Origin: Desulfobacterales bacterium
GTDB taxonomy: Bacteria > Desulfobacterota > Desulfobacteria > Desulfobacterales > UBA5852
NCBI GenBank assembly: GCA_963674755.2
Contig: CAXXVS010000003.1
Location: forward strand, 128,001-192,000
DNA length: 64,000 bases
Direction: 5' to 3'
Under the pieces are notes generated by a model that saw only the letters and a program-made list of their open reading frames with translations, was not told the origin of the DNA and made no database searches. Each line of letters opens with the position of its first letter. Within the stretch, counting starts at the first letter, position 1. Made by a program: the position numbers and the translations under genes. Positions 11,398 through 21,584 of this stretch are shown here, in pieces.

Positions 11398-12798
11398 ATG
11401 CAAGCAAAGCGCGGTAGCGGAAGGGGTGATTGGCTGATGGTAGTTGGGGGGATCATGATTTTGGCGCTGGTGCCGATAATGGCCGTTGCCCCGGCGTGGG
11501 CGGAAAACACCGTACAGGCCGGCAATACAATCCCCGATGCGCCCACCAGCGACGGCAACATCGTCACCGGCGATGGCAACACGGTCTCTGGCAACAGCGA
11601 CTACAACGCCGTCAGCGGTAGGCGCAACACGGTCTCTAACAACGGCTACGCCAACGCCGTCAGCGGCTCTCAAAACACGGTTTCTAACGACAGCGACTAC
11701 AACGCCGTCAGCGGCTCTCAAAACACGGTCTCTGACAGCTACTACAACACCGTCAGCGGCTATGAAAACACGGTTTCTAGCTACAGCGACTTCAACGCCG
11801 TCAGCGGTAGGGACAACACGGTCTCTAACTACAGCTACTACAACGCCGTCAGCGGCTATCAAAACACGGTCTCTGACAACAGCGACGACAACGCCGTCAG
11901 CGGCTCTCAAAACACGGTCTCTAACAACAGCGACGACAACGCCGTCAGCGGCCATTCCAATACCGTATCCGGGGATGACAACCTCGTGTCCGGCTACGAC
12001 AATACGGTCACCGGCAACAACAACGTGGCCGTCATGGGGGCCACGGTCACGGGCAGCAACAACATCGGCATGGGCGCGGGCGCCCAGTCCACGGCGGCCA
12101 ACACCATTGCCATCGGCAACAGCGCCAGCGCCACCCGGGCCGATGCCATCGCCATGGGCAGAAGCGCCACCGCCTCCGGCACCGGTGCCATCGCCATCGG
12201 CCAGGGCGCCACCGCCACGGGGTCGGTCGCCGTGGGAGCGGGGGCCACCGCCGGAAACGGCGGGGCCGCCTTCGGCGACGGCGCCACGGCGAATACCGGC
12301 ATCAATACCGCCGCCCTCGGCACCAACGCCACCGCCACCGCCGACAATGCCGTGGCCATCGGCAGCGGCTCGGTGGCCGGCGAAGCCGACACCGTATCCG
12401 TGGGCGCCAGCGGCAGCGAGCGGCGCATCACCAACGTGGCCGACGGGGTCAGCCCCACCGATGCCGTCAACCTGCGCCAGTTGCAGGCCATGAGTATGGA
12501 CGTGGGCGGCCTGGAGACACGGGTCGACGCCCTGGAAAGAAACGTGGCCGACCTGGACGACCGCATGGACGACGTGGGCGCCCTGGCCGCCGCCTTTGCC
12601 GGACTGCACCCCAACCCCCATGCCACGGGCCGCAACCAGGTGGCTGTCGGCACCGGCTTCTACAAACAGTCCGCCGCCGTGGCCATGGGCTATTTCCGTA
12701 TCGTCAACGAGAACGTGATGCTCAATGCCGGGGTCTCAACCAACCTGGCCGGCGGTGGGGAAACCGCCGTCAAGGCCGGCATCACCTTCGCCTGGTAA
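11398..12798 (+). CDS. trimeric autotransporter adhesin (YadA-like head, neck, stalk, anchor)
   Basis: signal peptide ending PAWA; AIAIG/AVAIG head repeats; ERRITNVADG..TDAVNLRQL neck; coiled stalk; beta-anchor ending GITFAW. Confidence 0.92.
   Translation: MQAKRGSGRGDWLMVVGGIMILALVPIMAVAPAWAENTVQAGNTIPDAPTSDGNIVTGDGNTVSGNSDYNAVSGRRNTVSNNGYANAVSGSQNTVSNDSDYNAVSGSQNTVSDSYYNTVSGYENTVSSYSDFNAVSGRDNTVSNYSYYNAVSGYQNTVSDNSDDNAVSGSQNTVSNNSDDNAVSGHSNTVSGDDNLVSGYDNTVTGNNNVAVMGATVTGSNNIGMGAGAQSTAANTIAIGNSASATRADAIAMGRSATASGTGAIAIGQGATATGSVAVGAGATAGNGGAAFGDGATANTGINTAALGTNATATADNAVAIGSGSVAGEADTVSVGASGSERRITNVADGVSPTDAVNLRQLQAMSMDVGGLETRVDALERNVADLDDRMDDVGALAAAFAGLHPNPHATGRNQVAVGTGFYKQSAAVAMGYFRIVNENVMLNAGVSTNLAGGGETAVKAGITFAW
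11578..11958 (+). repeat. intragenic tandem repeat, 8 units (7 x 48 bp + 1 x 45 bp)
   Basis: units start aacacggt(c/t)tct at 11578, 11626, 11674, 11722, 11767, 11815, 11863, 11911; encode NTVSxxxxxNAVSGxx. Confidence 0.9.
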
Positions 12799-13013
12799 GG
12801 ACGGCGAAAACGCCATTGCGCCGATTTTGACGTCAACAACGGTGCCATGGGGACATCATGATAGCGGTTTTGAGAACCATTACCTGTACCGTGGCGACCT
12901 CCCCCGGTCGGAGAAGATCGGGGCATGGTGCATGGCCTTTGCGGGAAAATTGCGCGGCGCCGAAGGAAAGGCGCCGGCGGATCGTTTAAAGGCGGCCCTT
13001 AAAGCTATTACGC

Positions 13014-13265
13014 TTAGTCGGCTGACTTGATATTCCAGGGAAGTTCTTCCGGCGCGGCATTGCGCCATTCCTCGATGATGCTTTGGGCTTCCGGAAGATC
13101 TTTTTCAGAAACACGAATCAGGCCCCAGCCATATTGTGATTGGAAAAGGCCATCATAAGCCGTGTCGTGAAAGGATTTAATTTCGGCATAAATGCCATTA
13201 TCCTCTAAAACGGATTTGATGACGTTTGCTTCGGCTTCGTTCTCGGGCTTCATTAGTGTTTTCAC
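13014..13265 (-). CDS. DUF2007-type putative signal transducing protein
   Basis: NEAEANVIKSVLEDNGI..IRVSEKDLPEAQSII pattern. Confidence 0.75.
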   Translation of the reverse strand: MKTLMKPENEAEANVIKSVLEDNGIYAEIKSFHDTAYDGLFQSQYGWGLIRVSEKDLPEAQSIIEEWRNAAPEELPWNIKSAD

Positions 13266-13406
13266 GGTTCAATGTCCCATACGGTTAGGGGAAAGGGCGC
13301 CTTGTTTCTCCCCAAGGTGTGCGAACAGGCGGAAAAGGCTTCGGAGAACACGCGCGCACAGAAAAAACCTTGACGCCTTGTGACATATCAGGCAGACCGT
13401 TCCGCT

Positions 13407-14600
13407 ATGAAAATTAAGCCTGATACGCCGAAATTTCAAACGGCAAATGTCATTCTGATTGCATTCTCTCATCTTATTCATGACATCTATGGGTCGTTTT
13501 TGGCCCCGCTCTTGCCGCTGTTGATCGAAAAGTTAGGATTTTCCTATACGATGGCGGGCTTTCTGACGGTGGCGCAGCGGTTTCCTTCTCTCCTGAATCC
13601 ATTTTTTGGCGTTATCGCGGATCGAATCAGTGTTCGCTATTTTGTGATCGGTGCCCCGACAGTGACCGCCATATCCATGAGCTTGCTGGGGCTCGCGCCC
13701 TCCTATCCGGTGCTCGTGGTGCTCCTGGTGATCATGGGAATCAGCGCCGCCTGTTATCATGTCCCGACACCGGTGATGATCAAGCACATTGCCGGCACGC
13801 AAGTTGGAAAAGGAATGAGTTTTTATATGGTTGGGGGCGAACTTGCCCGAACGGTCGGCCCATTGGTCGTCATTGGCGTGGTCTCGCGCTGGGGATTGGA
13901 ACGCACCTATTGGCTGATTCTACCGGGCGTGTTGGCCTCCCTGTTCCTCGCGGCGAAGTTTAGACATATGCCTGTCCAACACACGGTGCATGCCACCCCG
14001 TCCTCCGGGTTGGGACAAACCCTTGTCGACATGCGGGCGACCCTGCTGGGTTTGACCGGCATCAGTATTTTTCTGGGAGGACTGAAGGGCGCCATGGTTA
14101 TCTTTCTCCCGGCGTATTTGACGGACAAAGGCGCCCGTCTTGTGGTGGCCGGGGTTTCTCTGTCCATATTGGAAGCGGGGGGCGTCATCGGCGTCCTGAC
14201 GTCCGGGCCCCTCTCGGACCGTTGGGGACGAAAGTTTGTCCTGCTGGCGGCGATCCTCGCCGCTCCGGCGCTCATGTGGATCTTCCTGCGCAACCCTGGT
14301 TTCCTGACCTTCCCCATCCTGTTTCTCCTGGGCTTCTTCCTGCTGTCCAACGGCCCCGTCATGCTGGCGATTGTCCAGGAGAGCGGCTCTGATCGGCCCG
14401 CGTATGTCAACGGGATCTATATGATGATCAATTTTGTGGTCGGGTCCGGGATGACCGTGCTTGTGGGCGTATTAAACGACCGGCTGGGTCTTGATCTGAC
14501 CTACCAACTCGTCACGGTGTGGTTCCTCGGGGCGATCTTCTGTGTCCCGTTCTTACCTGGGAAATTGCTCGCGCGGTCCGCCCACAGGGCGAAGCCGTAA
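13407..14600 (+). CDS. MFS transporter (Fsr fosmidomycin-resistance type)
   Basis: SHLIHDIY..LAPLLPLL, GVIADR and GPLSDRWGRK MFS motifs, about 12 hydrophobic segments. Confidence 0.9.
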   Translation: MKIKPDTPKFQTANVILIAFSHLIHDIYGSFLAPLLPLLIEKLGFSYTMAGFLTVAQRFPSLLNPFFGVIADRISVRYFVIGAPTVTAISMSLLGLAPSYPVLVVLLVIMGISAACYHVPTPVMIKHIAGTQVGKGMSFYMVGGELARTVGPLVVIGVVSRWGLERTYWLILPGVLASLFLAAKFRHMPVQHTVHATPSSGLGQTLVDMRATLLGLTGISIFLGGLKGAMVIFLPAYLTDKGARLVVAGVSLSILEAGGVIGVLTSGPLSDRWGRKFVLLAAILAAPALMWIFLRNPGFLTFPILFLLGFFLLSNGPVMLAIVQESGSDRPAYVNGIYMMINFVVGSGMTVLVGVLNDRLGLDLTYQLVTVWFLGAIFCVPFLPGKLLARSAHRAKP

Positions 14601-14699
14601 TCCGTTCTCTGCCGAAATAATCGGTTGATGGGCCTTGTTCGGTTACACTTGGCCACAAAGCAACTTATTTATGAATGACCGTCCTCATTATCTCCCGTT

Positions 14700-15896
14700 C
14701 TAAACAAAAATATCCAGCGCCTGCTGCAAATCCGACATCAGATCTTCCGCATTCTCGATACCGGTCGAGTAGCGGATCAACCCCTCCGGTATGCCCAGTT
14801 TGGCGCGCTCGTCCTGTGTGCATTCCACATGGCTGGTGGTCGCAGGGGGCCCCACGATGGTCTCGACCGCCCCCAAATTGGCCGCCGCATGGGCAAACCG
14901 CAGCCGGGGGATAAAACGGCTTACCGCTTCAAGCGTATCCTCTTTCAGCATAAAACTCATCATGCCGCCGAAGCCGCGCATTTGTTGTTTCGCAATCTGA
15001 TGGCCGTCATGGGAAGGAAGACCGGGGTAGAAAACACGTTCGATGGCGGGGTGCGATTCCAGATATTGGGCGATCCGCAGGGCGCTTTCATTTTGTCGCT
15101 GAATCCGCAGCTCAAGTGTTTTCATGCCCCGCAGGATCAGATACGCCGACATCGGGTGCAGGGTCGCGCCATTGATTTCGCGATAATGGTAAATCCGATC
15201 GATCAAATCCTTCCGGCCGCAAACGACGCCGCCTAACGCGTCGGCATGGCCACCGAGGAATTTGGTGGCGCTGTGCAGGACCAGATCCGCGCCCATTTGA
15301 AGGGGGTTCTGGTTGATGGGTGTTGCGAAGGTATTATCGACCACGACGATGGCGCCGACCGCCTCGGCCGCCTTCACCAGGCGTGGGATATCGATCACTT
15401 TGGTGGTGGGGTTGGTGGGGCTTTCCAGATAAAGCACTTTACAGCCGTTTGCGACTTCCCTTTCGATTTGTTCATGATCGGTGGTGTCGCACAATTTGGC
15501 CTCGATCCGAAATTTCGGCAAAAATTCGCTGAAAATCACACTGGTGCCGCCGTAGGTGTCCTTGACCGTGACCACACGATCTTGATCGGAAAGCAAGGCG
15601 AACAAGGTGCTGCTGATGATCCCCATGCCGGTTGCGGCGCTGGTCGCCGCTTCCCCATCTTCCAGATTGCGGACTTTCTCTTCAAACACCTGAACGGTCG
15701 GATTGGTGTTGCGGCTGTAGATATGGCCTTCCTTCCGCCCCAAGGCGACCTGCAGCCATTCATCCACATCCCGATAACCGAATGACACACTATGCACAAC
15801 AGGCACCTGGGTGGCACCCTGCATCAAATAGTCTTCTTCGCCTGCCCAAACCGCGCGTGTTCCCAGCCGTGGATTTTCACTCATGCTTTTGTCCAT
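14700..15896 (-). CDS. cystathionine gamma-synthase/lyase family PLP enzyme
   Basis: YSRNTNPT, YLESPTNP, DNTFATP, HSATKFLGGH (PLP lysine). Confidence 0.93.
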   Translation of the reverse strand: MDKSMSENPRLGTRAVWAGEEDYLMQGATQVPVVHSVSFGYRDVDEWLQVALGRKEGHIYSRNTNPTVQVFEEKVRNLEDGEAATSAATGMGIISSTLFALLSDQDRVVTVKDTYGGTSVIFSEFLPKFRIEAKLCDTTDHEQIEREVANGCKVLYLESPTNPTTKVIDIPRLVKAAEAVGAIVVVDNTFATPINQNPLQMGADLVLHSATKFLGGHADALGGVVCGRKDLIDRIYHYREINGATLHPMSAYLILRGMKTLELRIQRQNESALRIAQYLESHPAIERVFYPGLPSHDGHQIAKQQMRGFGGMMSFMLKEDTLEAVSRFIPRLRFAHAAANLGAVETIVGPPATTSHVECTQDERAKLGIPEGLIRYSTGIENAEDLMSDLQQALDIFV

Positions 15897-16059
15897 TCCT
15901 TTTACACTTTCATTTGATATTGCGATGTCGCCTGACCGATTGTTTTAATGCCCAAGCGTCGATGCGGATCCCCCATGGCCGCCGTCTGACCGCCGGGAGG
16001 CGCACTATACCGCGTTTGTCCCGCCTTGCCCACCTTTAAAGGGCCGTGGATAAACGACC

Positions 16060-16110
16060 CCTCAGGCCGCAATGCGGCGTTGTCCCGCGTTGCGGAAGTT
16101 CTCATCTGGT
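16060..16110 (-). repeat. partial copy of family B repeat
   Basis: reverse complement cagatgagaacttccgcaacgcgggacaacgccgcattgcggcctgagg nearly identical to 35979-36028. Confidence 0.7.
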
Positions 16111-16199
16111 CTTATAGGCGTTGGTTTGGTCTGTCAGGGAATTTGGTTTGTTGGTGTGAAGACAACGTTTGTGAATATCGAAGGTCCCCCTCCCGCGTC

Positions 16200-18653
16200 T
16201 TATCCTTTGACCCCGTCCAGGACTTTCCGGATCGTTTTGGCAAGCGTCGCTTTGGCAACCGGCTTGTAAAGCATCGCCCTGATACCGATTTCAGCAGCCG
16301 ACTTTTCTGATATCCTGTTATTGTACCCGGTACAAATCAATATCGGAATATCGGGTCGAAGGGACATCAATCGGGATGCCAATCTATCCCCTGTGATGGT
16401 CGGCATGGTCATGTCGGTGATGACCAGATCGAATTCGTGCGGTGCTGAACGAAACAGGTCCAGAGCCTCCACACTGCTTGTTCTTACCGTCACTGAATAG
16501 CCTAAGGATTCGAGGGTCCGTCGACCCAATTTTGCAATGGCGGCTTCGTCGTCAACAAAAAGAATTCTCTCCGTACCCGTACCGGAAGGCAGACCCACAT
16601 TTTTCTCAACCTCGCAGCGTTTATCTTTTCTGCTCACCGGCAGATAAACGGTGAAGGTGCTTCCCAGGTCCGGTGTGCTGTCAACGAGAATTTTGCCGCC
16701 GTATTTTTCAACAATACCGTGAACAACCGACAGCCCCATACCGGTACCCTCGCCTGGAGGCTTCGTGGTGAAATAGGGCTCGAATATGGTATTGATAATT
16801 TCCTGGGGAATGCCCTTACCTGTGTCGGCTATTCTGACCTGCACATAGTCTCCTGGCTTTAAACCAAAATCGGCGGCTTTGTTCCCGGCCGTGACGCAGG
16901 TGTCCTTGATGATTACGTCGAGAACGCCGCCTTGATCATCCATTGATTGGGCCGCATTTGTGCACAAGTTCATAAAGATCTGATGAATCTGGGTGGCCGA
17001 TCCCATGACAAGGGATTTACTCTCTATCGTGTCATTAATCGCGATGGAGGCCGGTATTGAGGATCGTATAAATTTCAGGGCTTCTTTGGCAATAATGCCG
17101 ACCTGGACCGGTATGATCTCCTCATCGGTTTGACGGGCAAAGGTCAATATCTGTCGGACGAGGTCTTTGGCGCGTTTTCCTGCGGTATAAATTTCTTTGA
17201 GATCATCCGCAAGATCCGTATCTTTATCAACCTCCGCAAGCCCCACTTCGCTGAATCCGATAATGGCTGAAAGAATATTATTGAAATCATGGGCAATACC
17301 GCCGGCAAGGGTGCCGATGGCTTCGAGTTTTTGGGACTGGCGCAGCTGACCCTCAAGCCTGAGCTGTTCGGTGATGTCTTCAACAATTTCGATGGCGCCG
17401 GTAATCTGGCCGCGGTCATCCAGGATGGGAGATGAGATAATACGGTGATTGCGGATCTTTCCGCCCCGCTGTGTCATCACCCTTGCTTCATTTACGGTGC
17501 CGTCTTTGAGGGTTTTAATGGCGGGACAGTTATCGCAGACGCTTTCCCGGGGAGGGTCCGTGAAAGTGCAATGACAGATGGGCCGTTGGCCGATATCGAT
17601 ATCAGGGAACCTTTTGCGCAATTTTCGATTTATTTCGATAACTTCCATGTTCTGATTGATCAGGACCACCCCCATCCCGATATTGTCCACCATGGTCTGG
17701 AACTTTTGTTTGCTCGCCCGCAGTGCCTTCTCCGCTTTGCGGTTTAGTTCCATCTGTTCAATGCCATAGAGGGCCAGCCCGATATCCGATGCCACCTCTT
17801 TGACCAGGGACAGTTCGTCTTCAGAGGGCTCAATAATTTGAGGCGCCGCCAAGGCCATGACCCCGAATATTTTCCCCTGATGGGTCAGACCTACCGCCAT
17901 CCCGCAGTTGCTCGATTTTTTTGGTGCAAGGGGACAGGGTAGGCAATCGGATGCGCCCTCTTTAAACAAGAGGACCTCTTTAGACCTCATGGCTTGTTTG
18001 CAGCAGGGAGGCACGCTCTTCGAAAATAGGGCCTGTAGCGCCCCGGCGCTTTCTCCCAACCCTTCCGCTGCGAAGGCCATGGCGCTTCCGCTTGGTTCCA
18101 AAAGGGTTATCCAACCATGCCGGTAATGCCCCTCTTTAACGAGCAGTTTACAGGCGGATTGAATCAATGCCTTCGGGTCCTTCTCACGAACAATAAGCTG
18201 GTCGATACTGCGGATGGCCTGCAGCATCCTATTGTAATGCTTCAGTCTAACGCTGAGGCTTCCCCTTTCAATGGCATACCTGAGGACGCGCAACAGCATA
18301 TCGGTGTTTACTTGCCCTTTTACCAGATAATCCTGGGCGCCAATCCTGATGGCCTCCGTACCGAGCGTTTCGTCATCCAAACCGGTGAGCACAATGATCG
18401 GGATTTCCGGTGCTTCCGCTATGAAGCGTTTCAATGTCTCCAGGCCGGTGCTGTCTGGAAGGCCAAGGTCCAGAAACACCACATTGGATCTGTGCTTCTC
18501 CAGAATTTTCAGGGCGCTGCCCAGACTGCCGGCCGTCTCGGCCCGAAATGCCTTTCCGGACTGTTCAAGGTAGTCCAGGATGAGCTCCCGGTCGCCGGGG
18601 TTGTCTTCAACCAACAGGATATCAAATTCCACGGAGTTGGAATCCATCATCAT
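16200..18653 (-). CDS. hybrid sensor histidine kinase (REC-GAF-PAS-HisKA-HATPase-REC)
   Basis: LLVEDN..LDLGLPD receiver; GGIAHDFNN H-box; NLCTNA, DTGKGI, GTGMGL; C-terminal FVDDE..TDMTMP receiver; exact start among three Met codons uncertain. Confidence 0.92.
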   Translation of the reverse strand: MMMDSNSVEFDILLVEDNPGDRELILDYLEQSGKAFRAETAGSLGSALKILEKHRSNVVFLDLGLPDSTGLETLKRFIAEAPEIPIIVLTGLDDETLGTEAIRIGAQDYLVKGQVNTDMLLRVLRYAIERGSLSVRLKHYNRMLQAIRSIDQLIVREKDPKALIQSACKLLVKEGHYRHGWITLLEPSGSAMAFAAEGLGESAGALQALFSKSVPPCCKQAMRSKEVLLFKEGASDCLPCPLAPKKSSNCGMAVGLTHQGKIFGVMALAAPQIIEPSEDELSLVKEVASDIGLALYGIEQMELNRKAEKALRASKQKFQTMVDNIGMGVVLINQNMEVIEINRKLRKRFPDIDIGQRPICHCTFTDPPRESVCDNCPAIKTLKDGTVNEARVMTQRGGKIRNHRIISSPILDDRGQITGAIEIVEDITEQLRLEGQLRQSQKLEAIGTLAGGIAHDFNNILSAIIGFSEVGLAEVDKDTDLADDLKEIYTAGKRAKDLVRQILTFARQTDEEIIPVQVGIIAKEALKFIRSSIPASIAINDTIESKSLVMGSATQIHQIFMNLCTNAAQSMDDQGGVLDVIIKDTCVTAGNKAADFGLKPGDYVQVRIADTGKGIPQEIINTIFEPYFTTKPPGEGTGMGLSVVHGIVEKYGGKILVDSTPDLGSTFTVYLPVSRKDKRCEVEKNVGLPSGTGTERILFVDDEAAIAKLGRRTLESLGYSVTVRTSSVEALDLFRSAPHEFDLVITDMTMPTITGDRLASRLMSLRPDIPILICTGYNNRISEKSAAEIGIRAMLYKPVAKATLAKTIRKVLDGVKG

Positions 18654-18654
18654 T

Positions 18655-19086
18655 TTACGCCTCCGGCGGATAGCGAACCACCGAGAACCAGAAGCTTTCA
18701 ATGGCCGTTACGATCGTTTCGAAACCTTTCAGATCGACGGGTTTTGTTACGTATGCACTGGCTTGGAGGTCATAGCTTTTAAGGATATCCTCTTCTGCCG
18801 CTGAAGAGGTGAGAACCACCACCGGGATTCTTTTCAAGACGGGCATCTCTTTTATTTCAGCCAGAACCTGCCGTCCGTCTTTTTTGGGCAGGTTGAGATC
18901 CAGCAGAATCAGGTCAGGCCTGTCGGCGTTTTCATATGGGGGGTTGCGCAGCAAAAAATCCATTGCTTCCATACCGTCTTTAACAAGGGTGATCTCGTTT
19001 AAAATCTTGCTCGCTTCCAGCCTCTCGCAGGTCAGATCCGCATCCGCCGGGTTGTCTTCAACCAATAAAATTTTTATCAGTTCCAT
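18655..19086 (-). CDS. single-domain response regulator (Rcp1-like)
   Basis: [34 protein letters not shown]-terminal signature. Confidence 0.92.
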   Translation of the reverse strand: MELIKILLVEDNPADADLTCERLEASKILNEITLVKDGMEAMDFLLRNPPYENADRPDLILLDLNLPKKDGRQVLAEIKEMPVLKRIPVVVLTSSAAEEDILKSYDLQASAYVTKPVDLKGFETIVTAIESFWFSVVRYPPEA

Positions 19087-19108
19087 TATCTGACAGCCTC
19101 CGTGAAAG

Positions 19109-20566
19109 TTATTCTGCCGCTATCAATGAAAAATAAAAAACCGATCCCTTCCCGGGTTCGGATTCAACCCAGAGCTTCCCGCCATGACGTTCCACAATTT
19201 TTTTCGATATGGCAAGTCCGATGCCGGAACCCTGATAGGCATCACGTCCGTGGAGACGCTGAAAGATCACGAAAACCCGGTCAAAAAACATGGGATCGAT
19301 ACCGATTCCATTATCCTGGACTGAAAAGACCCATTTCGCGTTTTCCTTTTTTGCCCCAACTTTCACGACAGGGTTTTCCGCACCGTGAAACTTAATGGCA
19401 TTGCCGATGAGGTTCTGGAATAATTGGATAAGCTGGCCGTCGTCTCCCATAATCGTCGGTAATCTATCCACCTGGATTTGGGCCTGTTTTTCCTCAATGG
19501 CCTTGCTAAGCGCCCACAAGGCTTTTTCAACGATTTCATTGCCGTCAATTTTATCAAAGGATTTGCCGTGGGTATTCACCCGGGAAAGCCCAAGAAGATC
19601 ATTGATAAGCCCCTGCATACGCTTGGCACCATCAACGGCATAGCCTATATATTTGTCGGCTTTTGCATCGAGTTTTCCCTTGTACTTTTCTTCAAGAAGC
19701 TCGGTATAGCTGGCAACCATACGTAGCGGCTCCTGCAGATCGTGGGACGCTACATAGGCGAACTGTTGCAGTTCTTTATTGGAACGATTGAGTTCATCCA
19801 TCGCCCCTTTCAGCTTTTCATTTGCTTTTTGCGCCACCTGGCGGGCCTCTTCAGCATCCTGCGCCATTTTCAGGGTTGCTATCTGGGAATCCTTCAAATC
19901 CCGGGTGCGTTCCTCAATACGGGCTTCTAGGCTATGCATCAATTCCTGAAGCTGCATCTTATTCAATCCGGCTTCGGCAAGAAATACGGCAAGCTCTACA
20001 AGATAGTCGATTCTCAGCCTTACTTCTTCATCCGCTAATATAGGAACTTTTGATAGGGCCTGAAGGTATTCTTTTTCATTAAAACCGTATTGGCGGGCTT
20101 GTTGACGAAAAAAATGAATGTCAGGTGCCTCAGACAAAAACTGGCCGGTGAAAAGATTGGCAAGATGCGTACCCCGAATTTTGACCGGGAACGCCACGTC
20201 CACCATACCGTTCATACAGCGATAGACATTATATTGATCTCCCTGTCTGAGCATGTTGGCCAGGGCTGTATCCGATTCATGACAGCATTTTTCAGTTTCG
20301 GGATGAACCCGGTGAAACCGGGTGCAGATATCCTGCCATCCGGCGGCTACGAGTACCTTGCCATCCAGATCAAGCAAGGCTGTACCTGCGCCGGTGGCAG
20401 CCGAAAATTTTTCCATTAGCACCTGAAACTGATCAATATCAATCAGGTCGGAGATCTGATATTTTGTGCCGGGAAGATCATTCGATTGCTGCGATTCTGG
20501 TGTCACAAGGCGCCTCTTTTCTCCGTTTTTTGACAGCGCATTAACGTCTTCCTTGCGTTCAATCAT
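19109..20566 (-). CDS. PocR-domain sensor histidine kinase
   Basis: N-terminal PocR pattern ([22 protein letters not shown]); [15 protein letters not shown]-box, [22 protein letters not shown]; start 20566 or 20590. Confidence 0.88.
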   Translation of the reverse strand: MIERKEDVNALSKNGEKRRLVTPESQQSNDLPGTKYQISDLIDIDQFQVLMEKFSAATGAGTALLDLDGKVLVAAGWQDICTRFHRVHPETEKCCHESDTALANMLRQGDQYNVYRCMNGMVDVAFPVKIRGTHLANLFTGQFLSEAPDIHFFRQQARQYGFNEKEYLQALSKVPILADEEVRLRIDYLVELAVFLAEAGLNKMQLQELMHSLEARIEERTRDLKDSQIATLKMAQDAEEARQVAQKANEKLKGAMDELNRSNKELQQFAYVASHDLQEPLRMVASYTELLEEKYKGKLDAKADKYIGYAVDGAKRMQGLINDLLGLSRVNTHGKSFDKIDGNEIVEKALWALSKAIEEKQAQIQVDRLPTIMGDDGQLIQLFQNLIGNAIKFHGAENPVVKVGAKKENAKWVFSVQDNGIGIDPMFFDRVFVIFQRLHGRDAYQGSGIGLAISKKIVERHGGKLWVESEPGKGSVFYFSLIAAE

Positions 20567-20594
20567 CCGCTTTTCCCCCCCGACGGCCATTTTA

Positions 20595-20740
20595 ATCGAG
20601 ATAAGGGAGAAGTCTCACGGCCTCCCCCCTCTCACACCATTCGGTATACGGAACCGTACCGGGCGGTTCATATCGTCTTGGGTGATCAGCGGGAACACTC
20701 CAGGGGCTGATGAGCCCCTTGTCGGCAAGTCCCATTTCTG
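20595..20740 (-). mobile_element. group II intron 3' remnant (class C-like domains V-VI plus possible maturase tail)
   Basis: minus strand GAACCGCCCGGTACGGTTCCGTATACCGAATGGTGTGAGAGGGGGGAGGCCGTGAGACTTCTCCCTTATCTCGAT: short DV with CCG triad, DVI, terminal AT; upstream LADKGLIS resembles maturase C-terminus. Confidence 0.75.
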
Positions 20741-21094
20741 GGGCGCCCTTGACGTGCAAACCACAGAATCTCGTTACATTTAAGGTCTATCGCAGGTCAT
20801 AACCGCATAGATATATGCTCTCGCGAAGCGCTTTATCAAGCGAGCGCCTCATCAGCGTCAACCCGATCATGAGCGATGTTTAGGAGGGTGATCGGAGATA
20901 TGATGCGGCGCCGTCCATAACCAGATGTTTTGAGTTTTGCCATTGCGGCAATGAAGGGAAAAGAGCCGACGGCTTGCAAAAATTGTGATTATTACAATCA
21001 CCTAACATCAGAATCCCAACTTGTAAAGAACCTGCTAAAATCTTTACCAATCATAGTGATCTTACGATTAATCGTTTTTAGGGTTTTAGGTCTG

Positions 21095-21203
21095 TATGAC
21101 GGCGATTTCGACGTCGAAAATGCGATTATAGCGACATTATTAAGGGGGCCTTGGGAACCATCACTTGTGAGCTTTATTGGCGGGCTTGCTCCGACCGGGA
21201 ATC
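21095..21203 (+). repeat. diverged copy of cassette-boundary repeat
   Basis: gatttcgacgtcgaaaatgcgattatag..ttgggaaccatcacttgtgag..ggcttgctccgaccgggaatc aligns with 25712-25811 and 29142-29241. Confidence 0.65.
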
Positions 21204-21241
21204 AGATGGTCCCCTGATCACCGGTGGGTTGGCGGCGCGGT

Positions 21242-21552
21242 GGGGGCAGGTCTCAACTTTTAACAAAAGGTAGATACAAGCGTTTCTTGTCTGCGCCGGG
21301 GTTTCCCTCAGCGCCCCTTTCACCAAATCCACGACCGTTCCCAGATCGATCCCTTCATGGATCTGCCTAAGTGCGGGAAGATCCCGGCTGCGGACCTGAT
21401 TGCCAAGAAAAATCTGGGGCAGATTGGCGGAGGGCGTCTCAAGCAGGAGGTGATAATGGTTGTCCATCAGGCAGAAGGCATGGCCGGCCGCATTGTACCG
21501 CTTGGAGGGGATATCGCCTGGCGGCTTTTTTTTGTCAAATGTTGCTGACCCC
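21242..21552 (-). mobile_element. internally deleted Y1/HUH (REP-associated tyrosine) transposase element
   Basis: HAFCLMDNHYHLLLETP HUH motif joined directly to a C-terminal-type segment; imperfect inverted ends ggggcaggtctcaacttttaaca / tgtcaaatgttgctgacccc. Confidence 0.8.
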
Positions 21553-21584
21553 GTCAAGGTTTCCGATTCCCTCCGCCGCCCATT

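Noticed and set aside
11578..11958. CRISPR-like periodic repeats
   Set aside because: In-frame coding repeats of an adhesin; no unique spacers and no cas genes
12800..13010. Possible gene fragment after the adhesin (HHDSGFENHYLYRG)
   Set aside because: Looks coding-like but I cannot assign a family or a start
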